A DNA stretch of 64,000 nt from Methanobacteriota archaeon (GCA_963719035.1 CAVRAO010000012.1:192001-256000), one strand, 5' to 3'; counted from the stretch's first letter, positions 23,177 to 34,446 are shown. The notes: a model not told the origin generated them from the sequence alone. Translations and numbers: made by a program.

Positions 23177-23482
23177 TCACGCGTCATCGTACTCTGTGTC
23201 CGGAAAGGCGTCTTCGAATTCGAGCCTCCTGTCCGTGAGCTTGTTGTACAACATCACTGCATCTGCTAGGCTGAGCGGCGTTAGTTCCGGGTCGTAATTG
23301 TCGTCGTCGCCAAAAAACGGCACCGTTATTTCGTACTTGAAGTAGAGCCCATCAGGCGTGCGGAACAGGTCGACGTTCGTGAGGCCGGTTTTCAGCGTTT
23401 CAATGCAGAACCGGTGCTCGTTTCGCGCAAGAAGAATTGCAGCATCCGTGTCGTACACCACACCGCCAAACGCTTGTCTCAT
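23177..23482 (-). CDS. Hypothetical protein resembling small phage/plasmid proteins
   Basis: GVVYDTDAA...LFRTPDGLYF pattern. Confidence 0.6.
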   Translation of the reverse strand: MRQAFGGVVYDTDAAILLARNEHRFCIETLKTGLTNVDLFRTPDGLYFKYEITVPFFGDDDNYDPELTPLSLADAVMLYNKLTDRRLEFEDAFPDTEYDDA

Positions 23483-23881
23483 AACTACAGACCTGTAGAA
23501 TGAGCACAAAGATAAGCTTTCTACGTGCGTCGAGAAAGTGACACGTGGCCCCGACGGGTGATGATGGCGCTTTTTGTTCAAAGGCGCAAGCAGGAGCGGC
23601 CTTCATCCGATTGTCTTGGCCTTACCCCCTGTACGCTCAAAAAGAGGTCATGATAACCCTTTAAACATCAGAACATCATCGAAAAGCATAACTTATTCCG
23701 TTACGCCCCTCCGTATCTCCTCGCTCATTATTTCTTTTTTTGATTTCAACCACATATAAGGCTCCGTTCACGACTTGATCTAAGGAGTCTACAGTTTACA
23801 CTCATAAAGTTCCTTGCACGTGCCTCTCAGAACAACCCTATAGGCGTGCCTGAGGTCGTGTTTATGTAATCGTAGTGTTTG

Positions 23882-24988
23882 TTATGTGTAACCGTACGCG
23901 TACTTGAGGTCTTCATTCCAAGCGTCCGAGTAGCTGATTCTGGGATAACCGTTCGCGTCGAGGACGAGGGAAGTATATTCTCCCACGTACCCCGCTGTGT
24001 GGACGCGTTCATAGTGCCAGCCTACATTGCCTGCCGAATCGCTTTTCCACGCATACTTGAGGTTGCCGTTCGGCCATCCTTCGAAATAGCTGATGCGCGG
24101 AAGGCCTCTCGCGTCGAGGGCGAGGGAAGTGTATGCTCCCACGTTACGGCCAGTGTCGACTGCCTCCGTGTGCCAGCCCATTGCATCCTTATAGGCGTAC
24201 TTGAGGTCGTCGTTCGCTCCATCAGAGTAGCTAACGTGCGGATGGCCACTTCCGTCGAGCTCGAGGGAACTGTATGCTCCCACGTTACGGCCAGTGTCGA
24301 CTGCCTCCGTGTGCCAGCCCATTGCATCCTTATAGGCGTACTTGAGGTCGCCGCTCTTATGGTAGCTAATGCACGGGGAGTTCTTCCCGTAGATTTCAAT
24401 GGAGGTATAAGAGATCCGATACCCCCCTGAACCAATGGTGTCGATGTTTCTTGTTATGTGCCAGCCCTCATCGTCCTTATAGGCATACGTTAGGGAGTTG
24501 TCGTCATAATCTACGTAGCTAATGTGTGGGCGGTCGAACGCGTCGAGGGCAAGCGAGGTGTGCCCGCCGACACTACCAGTGCTGTCGACCGTCTGTCTGT
24601 GCCAGCCCTCAGCGTCTTTCCACGCGTACTTGAGGTCTTGGTTCGAAGCGTCAAAGTAGCTAATTCTGGAATCGCCGTTAGAGGTGACGGCGAGTGAGGT
24701 GTACCAGCCACATTGCCACCCGCTGTCGACCGTCTGTCTGTGCCAGCCCTCAGCGTCTTTCCACGCATACTTGAGCTGGTTCGAGCCGTCGTAATCGTAA
24801 TAGCTGATTTTGGAATCGCCGTTGTATACGGCGAGTGAGGTGTATTTGCCCACCCACCCCCTGCTGTCGACAGTTTGAATGCCCCATTGCAGCGCTGCGT
24901 CGGCAGGCACTGTCATGACGAGCGAACAGAGAGGGAGCGCTATGAGCACTCCCAAGAACAGTGATAATGCTTTTTTGTTCGTTGACAT
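23882..24988 (-). CDS. Secreted 7-bladed beta-propeller repeat protein (lectin-like)
   Basis: Signal peptide plus seven repeats of about 47 aa: WH..VD..G.YTSLA.D..G.P.ISY.D....DLKYA(W/Y)K. Confidence 0.85.
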   Translation of the reverse strand: MSTNKKALSLFLGVLIALPLCSLVMTVPADAALQWGIQTVDSRGWVGKYTSLAVYNGDSKISYYDYDGSNQLKYAWKDAEGWHRQTVDSGWQCGWYTSLAVTSNGDSRISYFDASNQDLKYAWKDAEGWHRQTVDSTGSVGGHTSLALDAFDRPHISYVDYDDNSLTYAYKDDEGWHITRNIDTIGSGGYRISYTSIEIYGKNSPCISYHKSGDLKYAYKDAMGWHTEAVDTGRNVGAYSSLELDGSGHPHVSYSDGANDDLKYAYKDAMGWHTEAVDTGRNVGAYTSLALDARGLPRISYFEGWPNGNLKYAWKSDSAGNVGWHYERVHTAGYVGEYTSLVLDANGYPRISYSDAWNEDLKYAYGYT

Positions 24989-25377
24989 ACGATTTCACCT
25001 TCAAGGCTACATCTGACAGCCCGCCCCCGTCATTGAGACAGTTTGTATACAAATCTCTGAGGACGCCCGTTGATGCTCACACACGTGTGAAAAGTTTATA
25101 ATAATAAAACTTCGAGAGACGATAAATACTTCGATTTGAAACTGATAGGCACTTACTTTTCGATTTTGAGCCCGCAGAAGCAAGCGGGCTATAACAGAAT
25201 GGCACTATTGTTAACTTTAGCATAACTACATTTAACTCCGTATTACTGAGAGGGAGTGCGCAGATTTCTATGACAAACCAATTCACACACATCGCCGACG
25301 TAAAAGTTGGCCGGGTAAAAGGCAACAGTTTACTACACGAATGCAAACCACCGTTGTCCAGCCTATCAGCTATAGCG

Positions 25378-25575
25378 TCACTCTCGTCGGTAGGGCCCCT
25401 CTTCTTCGTAGTCGTACTCGTCTTCGCCTTTCCGTCGCATGAGAAGCACGCCTGCGATGAGGGCAAGCAAAACAATGCCAGCAATCCCAAGCACGATAAG
25501 CAGCGCGTTCGATCCAAGGCCGGTGGCAGCTTCTGCCTGCGAGACGATGTTCCCTTCGCTACGTAGACTTAACAT
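25378..25575 (-). CDS. Surface-protein family copy A (anchor module only)
   Basis: QAEAATGLGSNALLIVL-TM-LLMRRKGEDEYDYEEEGPYRRE, homologous to the C-termini of copies C, D and E. Confidence 0.6.
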   Translation of the reverse strand: MLSLRSEGNIVSQAEAATGLGSNALLIVLGIAGIVLLALIAGVLLMRRKGEDEYDYEEEGPYRRE

Positions 25576-25731
25576 ATTACAATACGTTTGTTTTAACAAA
25601 TGGTTATCACGAGATGTTTCGCGGTTTGTGCGATGGATGGCAATCTTCGCAGCGCTTATCATAATCTATGAAACGCTGACCTTGTGTTAGGTAATCCAAT
25701 TACTACACGGCCATTGAAGGACTGTAAAAAA

Positions 25732-26879
25732 ATGATGAAAGAGAGAACCGAAGTCGTCATTCTTGTCGCGGTTTCTGTCATCTCGACTCTGTTCTTGTGG
25801 CTTCCGTTGGCACTTAACGTTAACACGGTTTTAGGGGTTAACATTGCGGCCACAGGAATACAGGTGCTTGAGCGTTACTACGACGGACCGTTATACGTGA
25901 TCGTCGCTAAAACCTTCTACACGTCGACCTCGCCGCTTTATGGGGCGTCCGACTTACCCGCGACGTACTTCGCTGCGCATCTGCCCGGCTATCCTGTCGT
26001 TATCTGGCTCTTTGCGCTCGCTGTGCCACCTTTCGTAGCGATGCTTGTCGCGAATCTTGTTATCTCTGCAGCAGCGGTCGTTGTTTTTTTACTTCCTCGT
26101 AGCGCGCTTCAAGCTTGTGCACGATCCGTTCTCTTCAGCGCTCTTGTTCCTCTTCTTTCCACCCCGCTGGCTCCTCTATCGGAGCGTCGGCGCATCGGAA
26201 CCGCTCTTTATCCTACTCACCTTGTGTATGCTCTACGCCTTAAAGCGGGACGACGCGGGAAAAACCACTCTTTTCGGCGTTTTAGCTGCGCTTACGAGGA
26301 TCTGGGGGGTATTGTCCTTCGTTGTCTGTACTCGGTTCGTGGCTGTGGAATAGGACATTGACCACAAAACGGTTCGTTGTAGTCCTCGCCATCCCCGCTT
26401 CGCTGTTACTCCTCTTTTCGTTTTACGCGCACTCACTCGGCGACTTTTTCGCTTATTTTGGTGTCAACCAAGCTCGTTTGAGCGTACCGTTGCTCACTAT
26501 CCCAGTCAGTGCCGCGATGGCAGAACGCAGCAGCGCGTTTGGAGCAGAGCTCTACGTGATCCTCTTTTTTATCTACAGCCTCGGCATCGTGCAGCTCTAT
26601 CTGAAGGGGTACCGTGAGCTCTTCCTCTATGCGCTCGTTATGTTCGTGCCCCTCCTTTTCGTATTCCATGAGGATATAAGCCGGTATCTGCTGCCTATTG
26701 CGCCTTTTGCTCTCATCATTGGCTTTAACGACCTTGTGCCGAAAAAGCGCATCTATTTCCTAGTTCCTTTTGCGCTGCTATGCATTGGGGGCTATTTGTA
26801 CTGTCTTGCAGTGTTGCCAACCAACCTCTTGCCTCTTGACGCGTTTGAGCGGCTGTTACTGACGCTCGGGATGAGATAG
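25732..26879 (+). CDS. GT-C fold membrane glycosyltransferase (PIG-V/PMT-like), frameshifted
   Basis: RYYDGPLY, AHLPGYP, SEPLF, LTRIWG, ISRYLLP spread across ORFs 25684, 26045 and 26322; shifts at poly-T near 26090 and near 26330. Confidence 0.75.
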
Positions 26880-27121
26880 GCGTAGCTCTAACGGCAGATG
26901 AGAGCGAATGGCTTTGATTGTGAGAGTAATTCATGTCTTTTCATAGGAGTCGCGCTTCCATGAATGTCCGAGAGCAGAAGCGATTTCGTATGAATTACTT
27001 GAACGATATTCATGGCTTAATTGTTTAACCCGCGATTAAAGCTTCCAGCTTGTAGGAGCGTCTAGGTATCGCAGTCTTATCTATAGCGTCGCTCTCGCCT
27101 GCAGTCCCATTCATCATCTTT

Positions 27122-27811
27122 TCATCGTCGTCGCATCAGGAGCGCTACGGCGATCAGAGCGAGCAGAGCAACGGCGATTCCGACGCCGGGCGTGCTAGGC
27201 GTCGCCGTAGCCGCACTATGTCCGACGACTCCGGTCGTTGTGCCGTTTGTTGTCAGGGTGGAAGTGTTATTTCCCGGAGGAGTGAGAGTAGGTCCGGGCG
27301 GTTCGGGAGTTGGTTGAAGGTTCTGATCCGGGCGGTTCGGGAGTTGGTAGTGAAGGTTCTGTCCGGGCGGTTCGGGAGTTGGTTCGGCCCTTTCGTGAAC
27401 GTTGACCGTTATCTCATCTACTACGGCACCAGAAATATGGAGGGCGAGCCGAACAGTCCCAGCTCTCACGGAACGTAAACGAACTCGATGCCTGACCATT
27501 CGCGTCAGTGACGAGGTTTTGATACCCAACGGAGCTCGCCGCTTCTAATCTCAATGCCTACCGGCACCCCTTCTGATAGGATCGCACCACGTAGGGGAAT
27601 ATGCGCTACTGTCACCTTTACAATAATACACCCGTGCGGTGTACGTTAGCGTATCACCTTCAAAACCCGTTGACGGGCCGGAAAGATCCGCGGTGTTCCA
27701 CTGAATCGCCGATACGGGTTCGGCCAAATCTATAATACTGATAACGGTAACGAGTCGAGCACCGCAACCGTTACAATGCACACTAAACGCGCGTTTCGCT
27801 TGGGTATTCAT
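27122..27811 (-). CDS. Surface-protein family copy B (Ig-like passenger, PTPEPPG stalk, PGF-CTERM-like end), frameshifted
   Basis: MNTQAKRAFSV signal; GDTLTYTARV; C-terminus STPGVGIAVALLALIAVALLMRRR. Confidence 0.7.
27293..27385. repeat. Three copies of an approximately 35-bp coding repeat (PTPEPPG stalk)
   Basis: CCGGGCGGTTCGGGAGTTGGT core present three times. Confidence 0.85.
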
Positions 27812-28001
27812 ACATCTCACCTTTTTAAGTAAAGTTGTCAAAGTTTAAACGTATAAAAATGCACGCGATTGGCATAAAGCTTTCATTTATTGCGATGTTT
27901 TTTGTATTATTTTAAGAAGTGTTTGCAAATGTGCATCTCTAAATGCTTTTTTGCAGCTCTCGTGTTCGTAACATAAGTAAACGTCCTCTGTGTGCAATCA
28001 A

Positions 28002-28200
28002 TCACACTAAGCTTTCAACGCCTTTTATCACATCTAGTTCAAACACAGGACAGAGCGTCAGGAAGGCTTTGGCCTTTGTCTCCTCAAACTGTTGGCGGGG
28101 TGACAGGTTAAACCCGATCAGATCTGTGCAGCTTATCGAGCTGTGGAGCTTCTTTTACTCCTGTGTAAAGTCAGCGACCGTAGCGACGGTTTTTTCTAAC
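28002..28200 (-). pseudogene. Remnant of a C_GCAxxG_C_C family paralogue
   Basis: EKTVATVADFTQE*KKLHSSISCTDLIGFNLSPRQQFEETK...LCPVF aligns with the C-terminal half of the gene at 40493-40927. Confidence 0.75.
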
Positions 28201-28322
28201 CTTCGTGAAACCTAATGCGCTCAGTTCGCTATCGTTATACAGGATGGACTTAAAGTCTTTTTTCTCACGCGCATACCGACGCATGCTACGCGACTAAACC
28301 ACGAAAAAGGGAGGCTAATATT

Positions 28323-28992
28323 ATGAAAAGATGTCTCGCCATATTTCTTATCGCGCTGATGGCTACTGCCATCATCAGTGCGGCGGATGTTGTAACCGCA
28401 CAGAAAGCTACGGCAGCGTCAGATCACAAGCCGTTCATCGTGCAATACAAAGAAGGGAAAACTTACACTTTTGAGGCGGGGCGGCTCACATACGCCACGG
28501 AATTCTTTAGCTTCGAAGGGGCACCGGGGCTCTCCGCATTTGCGGACAAAGATGCATTGTCCGCTTCACTAACAGTCACAGAGGCGGACCAAGGGATTTC
28601 AATGGGTCTTGCCATTATCGACTGGCAGCTCAAGCAGAACCGCGGCTTTACCGATGCGGACCTGGCAAAACCGTGCACAGTAAACGTAGAGATGAGCTAT
28701 ACTATCACGGCAAGCGGGGTCGCTAAGGCACACGGCATCGCAGCGATCGGGCTTGTCAATGAGATGTTCTGGAACGATTATGTGTATGGCACTGATCCCG
28801 CGCCCAGATAATACTAAAACCGTCTCAGATACCTTTACGTGAACCGGTACGCTCGGTGAGCTATTCTCCCTGGGTGCTGATAACCAGCTATATGGGATGG
28901 TAAGCGCCGGAGTGGTGTATGTAGCTGAATGGGAGGCAGCAGGACAAGCTTCCGCGGCTGGCTCTGTCGAAAGCATAACGCTCCAGTTCTAA
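28323..28992 (+). CDS. Secreted hypothetical protein, frameshift near 28805 and an in-frame TGA
   Basis: GGGAGG upstream; signal peptide MKRCLAIFLIALMATA; beta-rich; continuation ends ...SVESITLQF. Confidence 0.6.
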
Positions 28993-29227
28993 GAATATAC
29001 GCTTTAAACGAGGGCACGCACACCCTCACGTTCCTTTTCAAGAGCTCTGTTTCCGTGCGTAGCTGCTACCTGCCGCCGGAGTGTTTGCCGACTTTGGAAA
29101 AAAAATAGAAAGAGAGACCCCTCCCGCGTAGTTGACCAGCTTAAGCACCAGCACGCGCCTGTGCGCTCTGCATTCTCTTACTGCAGGTGACGGATCGATT
29201 TCACGCAAGCTTTAAGCCGAGCGCGAA

Positions 29228-29365
29228 CATTCTTATTCAGTTAAAATCCGGTAGCGATAGCTACGGGGGTGGACATTTATGGATACTCACGCACAACGTG
29301 CATTTTCTGTGTTCGAAGCGGTTGCGGTGGTTGCCGTTACCGTGTTTGGTATTGTTGGTCTAACG
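29228..29365 (+). repeat. 138-bp repeat (5'UTR plus signal peptide), inverted partner at 34309-34446
   Basis: Manual alignment: 10 mismatches, no gaps. Confidence 0.9.
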
Positions 29366-29797
29366 GTGGTTCCTGTGTCAGGCAACAACGGTGAGTTGCT
29401 CGTTTTCCCAACTGTAGATACCTCGTCAGACGATGGTACCTTGCTCATTTGGCCAACAATTGAGACGGGTGATGACACTGAAGCTAGCCCCTCGCCGTCA
29501 GGAGCTAGCCCCTCGCCGTCAGGAGCTAGCCCCTCGCCGTCAGGAGCTAGCCCTAATCCGACAGCCGGTGGTGGACAATCATCAGCAGCGCCTATCCTTT
29601 CCGAAGAGGGGATCGAAGACGTCACCCACAGGTTAAAGCTGCCACAGGGACTCGGGTCTAATTGGCTGCTTCTCTTGCTCGCAGTTGTTGTAATTGTGCT
29701 GCTCGCCATCATCGCAGCAGCGCTCCTTATGCGACGAAGACGCGAGGATGAGTACGATCGAGAGGGTTACCGGCGAGAGCGGCGCTATAGACGCTAA
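29279..29797 (+). CDS. Surface-protein family copy E (open frame, minimal passenger, SPSPSGA stalk)
   Basis: MDTHAQRAFSV...VTVFGIVGLT signal; GLGSN-TM-LLMRRRREDEYDREGYRRERRYRR. Confidence 0.85.
   Translation: MDTHAQRAFSVFEAVAVVAVTVFGIVGLTVVPVSGNNGELLVFPTVDTSSDDGTLLIWPTIETGDDTEASPSPSGASPSPSGASPSPSGASPNPTAGGGQSSAAPILSEEGIEDVTHRLKLPQGLGSNWLLLLLAVVVIVLLAIIAAALLMRRRREDEYDREGYRRERRYRR
29482..29553 (+). repeat. 21-bp tandem repeat, about 3.4 copies (ASPSPSG)
   Basis: AGCTAGCCCCTCGCCGTCAGG x3 plus a partial copy. Confidence 0.95.
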
Positions 29798-29830
29798 GAT
29801 CGCTCTCAATGGCTAACAACAGAAGGGGAA

Positions 29831-30829
29831 ATGAAAAAGATAATTGCGGTTGTGTTGACAACCCTGTTAACTGCATCGATCGTTTTGAGTGCCGGATGCA
29901 CCTCGTCAGATAACGAAAAAGCAACAACAACGGAGCGGGACTTTGGTAATTCACCCGTCCCAGCCCCATCCACCCCCGTGCGTCTCGTATTCATCCACCA
30001 CTCCACCGGCGAGAACTGGCTTCGCGACGACAACGGACAATTGGGCACGGCGCTGCGCGATAACAACTATTTCGTGAGCGATACCAACTACGGCTGGGGG
30101 CCCGAGACGCCTGATAAAGGCCCCATCGGTGATAACACCGACATCGGTGACTGGTGGCTGTGGTTCCGCAGTCCGAACAGCTCTACCTACCTCGAATCGT
30201 TGTACGCCGAGGACGGACAAAACACAGATAACTCCCGGCTTACCGCCAACTTTGGGGGCGAGAACACCGTTGTGATTTTCAAGTCGTGCTTCCCCAATTC
30301 GGCCCTCCAAGGCAATCCTGATGACGACATGCCGCCACTTGCTGACAACCGTCTGCGTGGCCAGAGTGCCGGCTCAGAGGATCACACTGTTGCGAATGCC
30401 AAGGGCATCTACGTCGACCTGCTCGAATACTTCCGCACGAAACAGGACAAACTGTTTGTCGTGGTTACCGCGCCACCGCTCAGCGATCCAACCAACGCGA
30501 ACAACGCCCGTGTGCTCAACCAGTGGCTGGTCAACGACTGGCTCAAGGACTACCCCTACAACAACGTGTTCGTCTTTGACTTCTACAACGTGCTGACGAC
30601 GAACGGGGGCAACTCACACGTGAACGACCTCAATCAAGACGCGGGCAACCACCACCGCTGGTGGAACAACGCTGTGCAGCATCAGGCCGATACGCGCCGC
30701 AACGTGAACGCCTATCCTTCTGGCAGCGACGACGACCACCCGTCACAGGCGGGCAACGCGAAGGCAACCGCAGAGTTCTTCCCTCTTTTGAATTTGGCGT
30801 ATAATCGCTGGTCGCAAGGCGCAACGTAG
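29831..30829 (+). CDS. Lipoprotein with SGNH-hydrolase-like domain
   Basis: LSAGC lipobox; FIHHSTG, FKSCFPNS, DDHPS. Confidence 0.7.
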   Translation: MKKIIAVVLTTLLTASIVLSAGCTSSDNEKATTTERDFGNSPVPAPSTPVRLVFIHHSTGENWLRDDNGQLGTALRDNNYFVSDTNYGWGPETPDKGPIGDNTDIGDWWLWFRSPNSSTYLESLYAEDGQNTDNSRLTANFGGENTVVIFKSCFPNSALQGNPDDDMPPLADNRLRGQSAGSEDHTVANAKGIYVDLLEYFRTKQDKLFVVVTAPPLSDPTNANNARVLNQWLVNDWLKDYPYNNVFVFDFYNVLTTNGGNSHVNDLNQDAGNHHRWWNNAVQHQADTRRNVNAYPSGSDDDHPSQAGNAKATAEFFPLLNLAYNRWSQGAT

Positions 30830-31089
30830 ATTTTCGATGCCGGCTTACACCCTTAATCCAAGCAGGAGCGCCGCTCCCGAGCACACGCATTAAAGGATAC
30901 ATCACGTCAGGCTTTGATGTAAAACGCCAACTTAGTTTCCCTATTAAGCCAAACGAATACAGCGCCGGCGAACTGCTCTACTGTAGGAAACTCAGCAAAA
31001 CATAATTGAGCGATAAACCACCAGCAGTCGTATACAAAAATCGCTTCGCCCCCGGCTTAATACGCCAAGCTTCGTCATCAGCTTTTTTC

Positions 31090-31903
31090 TTAGTAAAAAT
31101 AAAATTTGCGCTGCACGGTAAGCAGTTGCAAAAACGAAAAAACCTTTAAAAAAATAAGATAGAGCGCCATTAGCGGCGAGCGTTTCCCCCAGATTCTCGG
31201 ACAAAACTCGACTTTTCCGGTCAATCCGGCCTCACGCGCAAATCGTAGTAATTCCGGATACTCCAATACGTCTTCAGTTGCATAGGGCCAGTCAGCCTGC
31301 ATGTGTCTGCGCGTCAATGAACGCCAAAACGACAGACAAGCCGGCTCATAAAAAAATATATACACCGCCCACCTTTGTTCAGCACACGCGCCACCTCTTT
31401 CAACGTCTTGCGGTGCTCTTGAAAATGGTGAGCGGCGGCAAAACAAAAAACAACATCAACAGACTCATCGGGCTCTTACGTCTGATAACTACGGCAGGCA
31501 TACGTTGCATCCACCTTCACGTTGAAAATCCTCTCCCATATGCCAATAGACGCAACAGCATCGGGACTGATGTCAGTCACGGTGATGTGCGCCGTCGGAA
31601 ACATTTTTTTAATTAAACACGATGCCCACCCCTGCCCTGCGCCAAGTTCAACGACCCTGCCTGCGTTTTCAAAAATACATTTATAGTGGTTAACACACAC
31701 TCGTACAGGATCGTAATCTCGGAGAATTTATTGACTAGATTCACAACCGTCTCTCTGCCCACGCCTTCAAGCGGAGAGTTCTTCCAGAAATCCAGATCGG
31801 CCTCGTATTTTTTCTCTATGTCGTCATTAAATGTATCTTTCTCAACCGTATGAACCGCCCCGCCATCTCGTGTTTGAAGTTCTCTCTGATACACAAAATC
31901 CAA
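31090..31903 (-). pseudogene. Class I SAM methyltransferase, several frameshifts
   Basis: VVELGAGQGW, VTDISPDA, FFYEP spread across three frames. Confidence 0.65.
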
Positions 31904-31984
31904 CGCTCTTTAAGGATAAATAAACTTCAAAAACGTAGCAAACGCTCGACTAGAAAACTGAGAGCTCATAAATAGAAACGGCTG

Positions 31985-32881
31985 ACGTCCTTATGCCAAG
32001 CAGGAGCTGTGCTGTTTTTATTCGGGCTGACGGTGTTAGGATTTGGCGTCTCGCCGCTGATCACCGCGCCGTTGGGCAACTACATAATCGGCGCTTAAGG
32101 GGTGCTCAGCAGCCTTGTGATTTTGGGAGTCGCATTCTTAATCTCATCGTGCTGCTCGGACCCCCCCTGCGATTTCCTGACACTGACTGGCGGCCGAAGG
32201 GCTGGACACAGGCGCAAGCGAGCGCGCAGTGTGAAGACATTAACTGGGGCCAAACGGTCCGCACGCGCGGTTGCTGGAGGCTCTGGCTCGGCTTCTTCAT
32301 CGGCACCTTGGCCGGCCTGATGGCGATCGGCATTAGCAGCCCCACCGGGCAAGAGGTATTCAAGTAGAGCGTAGCGACCGCTGCCGCCCTAGTGGGTGTC
32401 TTTGCTGTGTTAGGTCTTTGCTGTGTTCAACGGTATCGACCGTCCTATTTTTGGCTACCTCGTTGACCGGATACACCCGCAAAACGCAGCGATGGTGAGC
32501 TTTATCATTATCGCCGCAGCAGCGTTACTCCTCAGTTTTGGGGCAGCACCTGGCGCTACGGCGGCCTACGTCGTTGGGTTCTGTGCGCTCTGGTTATGCC
32601 TCGGGCGGATGGCTCGCAATTGCGCCTGCGTGCGCCGTTGCCTTTTGTGCACCACGTATGACGGGCCAAATTACGGGCTCGTGTTTACCGCGTACGGCGT
32701 CGGGGCTGTTAACAGAAACTTACTCGCCGGGCAGTTGCGCGACCTCGTCGGCAATTATGTGGCGGTTTTCTATCCGGTCGCAATGCTTGCCATCGCCGGC
32801 ATTGCGATCTCGTTCTTCCTGATCGGTCGCCAAGCCAAACAAGTAGTTAAAGTGGAAGGGCACAATACCTTCCATTTTTAG
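31985..32881 (+). pseudogene. OFA (oxalate:formate antiporter-like) MFS remnant
   Basis: GTLAGLMAIGIS, FNG.RPIFGYL.D, NYGLVFTAYGVGA; N-terminus missing, stops and frameshifts. Confidence 0.75.
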
Positions 32882-33378
32882 TTTTTTATAGTGAACTTCA
32901 GTTTCCGCAAAAACAGCAAAAACCGCTATGCTCTCAAAATAAGCAATTTTAAAAACGCTGCCTTCGTGCTTACTGAATTGTTATCTTTCCAATACCGCCA
33001 CTTGAGTTTTTCAGGATCCTGATTTGACTCAGCGTTTCCGCAAAATACATAGCACAGCCGAAGGCATTGAGCAAGCAACGATCGCTAGCTCTCCCTTTAT
33101 GATAATTAGTCGTTTCGGGACAATAACTCCGAATCCGTGATGTTCAAATCTCTATTCTGCCAATGCCAGTCTTTAGAAGATCCCTGGCAATCGGACGTGC
33201 TGGACACCTTGCTTGCGCTATGAGCGCGCTTAGAACGGCAATAGAGTGAATTCGGTTTCAGTCCAAGCTCGAAGTAACCTACACTGTTGTCAGCGGGTAG
33301 GGCATTTAAAAAAACACGTCAAGATTAACGTCTTATAATCCTGACCGTTGAAACCCTATATATAGTGACCTAGCGTCG

Positions 33379-34395
33379 CTAACGCCTCTCTCGCTCGTAG
33401 GGCTCCTCCTCTTCGTATTCATAGTCGTAGTCTTCTCTCCTACCCCGTCGCATGAGGAGGGCGGCTGCAACGATGGCAAGCAGAATAATGCCGGCAACCG
33501 CGAGGACGATGAGCAGCGCGTCGGATCCAAGTCCGATAGCAGCTTGGGCCTGTGAGGCGATGTCGTCGAGTCCCGCTGCAGATGCGTTTGTGGTGTTGGG
33601 TAACGTAGCATCCCCGTTTGATCCTGTGCCCGCATTGCTGTTTGACCCTCCGCCACCGTTCGTTCCGCCACCGTTCGTTCCGCCGCCGTTTCCTCCGTCT
33701 GCTGCGGTGATGGTGACTGCCCGTTCGTCATTCGTCGAAACGCCACCTGAGCATGAACGCGATACGCGCCCGGCTCCTAAACGCGTACGAAGCGGACGCT
33801 CGTCCGTTCGCGTCAGTTGGGACCGTCTGATGGTTAAGCGCTGCCAAGTTCTCTACTGCGTAAAACGTGAAACGTGACTGCATAACCACCTAATGCCCTT
33901 CCGGATTGCGTTACCGATGCGGTATAGGTAATCCGTTTCGCCTGCCTCACCAGTATCTCGGACCAGTCAAGTTTATGCGTGGCGCTTCAGCAATGATTAC
34001 TGTAATCGAACCGACGATGGTCGCGCCCCTATTATAGTATATCGGCCTGCGCTAGTAAACGTATACGATGTTGTTGAATCTACGTATAATATTCCCCGTC
34101 TTTCAATGCTAGGGCCATCTGACAGTTGTGTTGGAAGAGGTTGAGTCTGGCCATTAGGCAAAATTATTCGAAACTCTGGCGCAGTGATCGGAAGCACACT
34201 TGGTGATTGCGGATCATAAATCCTTACCTTAAACTCCAATATGTCGCCGACATTTCCAGTGGTCGGTGCTGAGGTCCAACTACACGTGTCGGCACTCGCT
34301 TTAGTCATCGTTAGACCAACAATACCAAACACGGTAACGGCCACCACCGCAACCGTTGCGAGCACAGAAAATGCGCGTTGTGCGTGAGTATTCAT
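33379..34395 (-). CDS. Surface-protein family copy C (two Ig-like domains, GGTNG stalk), frameshifted
   Basis: MNTHAQRAFSV signal; TDANGRAS; QAQAAIGLGSDALL-TM-LLMRRGRREDYDYEYEEEEPYERERR. Confidence 0.75.
33649..33693. repeat. 15-bp tandem repeat x3 (Gly-rich stalk)
   Basis: TCCGCCACCGTTCGT x2 plus a degenerate third copy. Confidence 0.85.
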
Positions 34396-34446
34396 AAATG
34401 TACACCTCCGTAGCTGCCGCTACCGGATTTTAACTGAATAAGAATG
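34309..34446 (-). repeat. Inverted partner of 29228-29365
   Basis: About 93% identical over 138 bp. Confidence 0.9.

Noticed and set aside
29115-29150. GTTGACCAGCTTAAG resembling part of an IscB/HEARO RNA
   Set aside because: Only about 15 nt resemble it; there is no iscB/tnpB ORF or remaining structure.
29228-34446. Diversity-generating retroelement template/variable repeat pair
   Set aside because: The mismatches are not adenine-specific, the repeats are at 5' ends, and no reverse transcriptase is present.
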